A DNA stretch of 62,902 nucleotides, filler included, from Globobulimina sp. (lineage: Eukaryota): the NCBI GenBank assembly GCA_003354225.1. It is 38 parts of 38 records of this genome, joined end to end, with 100 filler letters (N's around TTAATTAATTAA, not from the genome) between each part and the next. Parts side by side here need not be neighbours in the genome. Positions count along the whole stretch, not along the records: positions 59,689 to 61,245 come from PIVH01014861.1; positions 61,346 to 62,902 come from PIVH01014862.1; 36 more parts are not named here. One strand, given 5' to 3'. This document shows positions 59,974-62,902 of the stretch, piece by piece; position 1 is the stretch's first letter; every line of letters starts with the position of its first letter. Both the position numbers and the translations under genes were made by a program. The notes beneath the pieces are model-generated. The model was not told the origin of the DNA. It saw only the letters and a program-made list of their open reading frames with translations, and made no database searches.

Positions 59974-60204
59974 TTATTCCTTTAATTTAAAAGATATGCC
60001 AAGTTCTACCCATTCGAATTCAGCGTCACATTCTTCGCATGAGAATCCTTCGGGACAATCGTACATTTGACAGTACATTGAAGTACCGGCATTAATGTCA
60101 TTGCAGATAGGGCAGTCGAAATGGTTGTGTATGATTTCACCACAAATTTCACAACATTCTTCAGGTGTGAAATCTACATCGTCCCAAACTTTATATATTT
60201 CCAT
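59974..60204 (-). CDS. Small Cys-rich zinc-ribbon-like phage protein
   Basis: CEIC, CPIC and CEEC pairs; AAGGGG RBS-like sequence before the ATG at 60204. Confidence 0.65.
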   Translation of the reverse strand: MEIYKVWDDVDFTPEECCEICGEIIHNHFDCPICNDINAGTSMYCQMYDCPEGFSCEECDAEFEWVELGISFKLKE

Positions 60205-60214
60205 TGTGATCCCC

Positions 60215-60484
60215 TTACCAAGAATTGGCAAATTCTATGAATTTGATATCTTTATCAATTTTTGTAAGATCGACACGAATACCTTCTGTCATCTCTCCTT
60301 CAAAGTCTTCATGTGTTATGTCTACAATTACCCCTAGATCATTTGGTGGTTCACCTTCAAAGAAATCATCTACTTCGTCTGGTATTTCTATATTAGCTTC
60401 GTAGCAACAATCATAAACTCTTTTCATCTTTATCCACTTTTCATCTGGTGGTTTAATTCCTCTTATATATGTACTCATTCCCAT
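60215..60484 (-). CDS. Phage-like hypothetical protein
   Basis: AAGGAG RBS; MGMSTYIRGIKPPDEKW..IEFANSW. Confidence 0.75.
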   Translation of the reverse strand: MGMSTYIRGIKPPDEKWIKMKRVYDCCYEANIEIPDEVDDFFEGEPPNDLGVIVDITHEDFEGEMTEGIRVDLTKIDKDIKFIEFANSW

Positions 60485-60496
60485 TATATCACTCCT

Positions 60497-60901
60497 TTAA
60501 CTTTCGTATTTTGCTTTTAATTCTTTTAAGAGTTCTAGTTCTTGTAATTGTTTTATGTAAGCGGCATCTTCTTTTTGTTCTTTACGATCTTGTACTTGTT
60601 TAAGGTAAGCGGCTTCTATTTTAGCTTCTAGTTCTCTAGCCGCTGTATCAAAATCAGTAAAGAATTTAATATCGATGGATTCATATTCAGTATTATCACA
60701 ACAACTACATCCACCAATTTCATATTCTACTGTTATGTTCCCATATTCATCGACATACCAATCGTTTATAGATATATAGCTCATGCTTCTTAGATCAAGA
60801 TATTTACCAATGATATATTCAGTCTGTGCGTCAATTTGTTCTTTGATATCGGCAACATCTATTAATTTTTGTAAAAGTTCTTTATATGTTTCGTTGTTCA
60901 T
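60497..60901 (-). CDS. Phage-like hypothetical protein
   Basis: AAGGA RBS; ATGA overlap with the upstream ORF. Confidence 0.75.
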   Translation of the reverse strand: MNNETYKELLQKLIDVADIKEQIDAQTEYIIGKYLDLRSMSYISINDWYVDEYGNITVEYEIGGCSCCDNTEYESIDIKFFTDFDTAARELEAKIEAAYLKQVQDRKEQKEDAAYIKQLQELELLKELKAKYES

Positions 60902-61245
60902 TCTACTATTTCCTTAAATATGTCTTCTTTAGGCCATCCACATTTAAGTTTTTGTGGGTATGTCCAAAATGGTCTATGTTTAACTAATAATACTTCCCCA
61001 TTAATAGAATTCACGATATATAAGCATAATTCATAATCTGATTGATTTTCGTAATGATTATCAGAAGTAATATCTAGATTCCTAGCTTTCTCACCTTCTG
61101 GATCAGTCTCTGGGTATACTATATCATTATCATCCCATTGTTGTCTAGTACAATTCCATAGGGCAAGTTCCCTATCACTAGGCGTATTGGTTTCATCTTC
61201 ATTCCATACAGAGATTTTACAATTTTTGTATTTCTTTGTATCTGA
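60898..61245 (-). CDS. Phage-like hypothetical protein (5' partial)
   Basis: Open from the contig edge to a TGA overlapping the next ATG. Confidence 0.6.
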   Translation of the reverse strand, partial: SDTKKYKNCKISVWNEDETNTPSDRELALWNCTRQQWDDNDIVYPETDPEGEKARNLDITSDNHYENQSDYELCLYIVNSINGEVLLVKHRPFWTYPQKLKCGWPKEDIFKEIVE

Positions 61246-61513
61246 NNNNNNNNNNNNNNNNNNNNNNNNNNNNNNNNNNNNNNNNNNNNTTAATTAATTA
61301 ANNNNNNNNNNNNNNNNNNNNNNNNNNNNNNNNNNNNNNNNNNNNGTATTTTAAGATTGGTTGCAGTCAGCATGGATTTGTTGTAATCTTTCTGGCGCAT
61401 AAAAGAAGGGATTGAACAGTCTGAAGTTGATAGTTCAGCCATGGTTTTTTTTTTTTAACTTGAAAAACGTTAAACGAAATATTCCAAAACTTGAAGTTAA
61501 ATCAATTCAGATC

Positions 61514-62902
61514 ATGGGCAGTTGCATTACAACTGAATCGAATGTAAATATACCAGCAATTTCAAATGTAAATCCAGAGGATTGGAGCAGAAACGATGTG
61601 ATAGACTGGTTATCATCAATATGTGATGGTGACTTATCTGCTCTTATTGACCCATTTACAAGGCATCAAATATGCGGGATAAGTTTTATTAAAATAACAA
61701 ATGCTGAGTTGAATCATGAATTAGAAATAAAAGAATTTGGTTTAAGAGAACAATTTATTTATGAGAGAAACAAAGTGCTTCACAATTATCAAACCTCCAG
61801 CTCACAAAGCAATGCCTTAAAAACAACAAATCAAAGAAGCGATATTGCAGATAACGCACAGGATAACATAGAGGTACACACTAAACAAGATTCTCATGAA
61901 ATGGTATCATTAAACGTCGAACCGTCAAATGAAAACCCTAGACCTGAATCAATATCATGTTCATCATTAGTTCCTAAGTTACCAATCGTATCCAAACCAT
62001 TGGTAACATACACATCCCACCAACCGGTTAAATATAGCCCTCGCAATTTACATTTAAAGCAATATATTCCAACCAAATTGAATCACTATGAATGGAATTA
62101 TTTACACTCATTTTCTCGCAACAAAACAAAAGAGATAACACATATTAAATATGACATTTCCACGGATTGTTACGTTTTACAACAATATAAAAACCATTGC
62201 TATTTGTTCTGCAATAAACTAGTCATTGATGGTTTTGCCAATCAAACTGAAAAGGAAATATCAGTGATCATTCCACACGAAATCAGAAACATTTGTTACG
62301 AATATTATTTTGAGTACGAATGGCATATATTGCAGTTTGCTTTCGATGTATCGAAGCTTTTAAGTCATATGGTTGTAAATAATGGCACAGCTCGGCCAAC
62401 TTTGTCTAATAGATTTACGGGAATAGGTTTGTCTATTAATAAGAATAGATTTACGGGAAATGCATTGCTCAATATTCTGTATTGCAGCAAATTCAACAAA
62501 AAGTATAGATTACAGCAAAAAACCTCTGTTGATATGGTCAATGATTATTGCAATGAATTGATAGATTATGGTTTTATTCAAGTTGTAGCTACAAAGTATC
62601 TGCTTTACAGAGATTGCGAGGATATTCGAAATATGTTATATAGTTTTGATGAGAATAAAAAAGAAGAATTTGAAAGGTATAAAGAGTTTATCGATAGTAA
62701 ACTGGATAGAAATGCGTGGACATTAGGCACAATCATAGAGATATTTTCGTGTTCATTAGGTGGATGGCAAAAGGGTGAAATAATTAACATTGATCCATAT
62801 CATCCAAAAGCGCATGATATTGTTATTGAATATGGAAAGAAGAAACGAGTGCTAGTGGGTAGATATGACGATAGAATGGTTAAATCGACAAGAAAATTCC
62901 TA
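61514..62902 (+). CDS. SAM-domain signalling-type protein with possible DEP- and Tudor-like segments (3' partial; absent from the ORF track)
   Basis: Frame read by hand, open to the window end. MGSC acylation-like start; PEDWSRNDVIDWL..F..HQICG..L..ELEIKEFG SAM motif. Confidence 0.75.
   Translation, partial: MGSCITTESNVNIPAISNVNPEDWSRNDVIDWLSSICDGDLSALIDPFTRHQICGISFIKITNAELNHELEIKEFGLREQFIYERNKVLHNYQTSSSQSNALKTTNQRSDIADNAQDNIEVHTKQDSHEMVSLNVEPSNENPRPESISCSSLVPKLPIVSKPLVTYTSHQPVKYSPRNLHLKQYIPTKLNHYEWNYLHSFSRNKTKEITHIKYDISTDCYVLQQYKNHCYLFCNKLVIDGFANQTEKEISVIIPHEIRNICYEYYFEYEWHILQFAFDVSKLLSHMVVNNGTARPTLSNRFTGIGLSINKNRFTGNALLNILYCSKFNKKYRLQQKTSVDMVNDYCNELIDYGFIQVVATKYLLYRDCEDIRNMLYSFDENKKEEFERYKEFIDSKLDRNAWTLGTIIEIFSCSLGGWQKGEIINIDPYHPKAHDIVIEYGKKKRVLVGRYDDRMVKSTRKFL

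Overview
This is not one locus. It is 38 unrelated contigs of about 1.56 kb, sorted by length and joined by an artificial 100-nt linker (N44-TTAATTAATTAA-N44), so synteny across linkers is meaningless. Most contigs are AT-rich eukaryotic DNA with short spliceosomal introns and protein families that look foraminiferan/rhizarian (inference). These include OSCP1, CNX1, Hsp110, TOP2, anoctamin, a ZnT transporter, a PRMT-like methyltransferase, and glycosyl- and sulfotransferases. Mixed in are bacterial fragments (beta-helix proteins, EEP phosphatase, IS elements, a group II intron 5' half), a phage-like gene cluster, and retroelements, some probably from an animal (BEL/Pao, Ty3/gypsy, non-LTR RT, Penelope-like). 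The main result is an RNA system the ORF track cannot show. Two different contigs (16649-16734 +, 46838-46929 -) each carry a hammerhead ribozyme core in the same non-circularly permuted, pseudoknotted order, with compensatory changes between the copies. The second copy lies downstream of the RT C-terminus of a Naiad/Chlamys-like Penelope element, together with four tandem covarying ~54-nt pseudoknots (47468-47746 -) and an intron-preceded RGG-rich ORF. Also notable are a contig that closes as a 1438-bp circle or tandem unit carrying one zinc transporter, a GTT-biased splice donor, and several eukaryote/bacteria chimeric contigs. All protein calls are motif recognition by eye; no database search or folding program was run.
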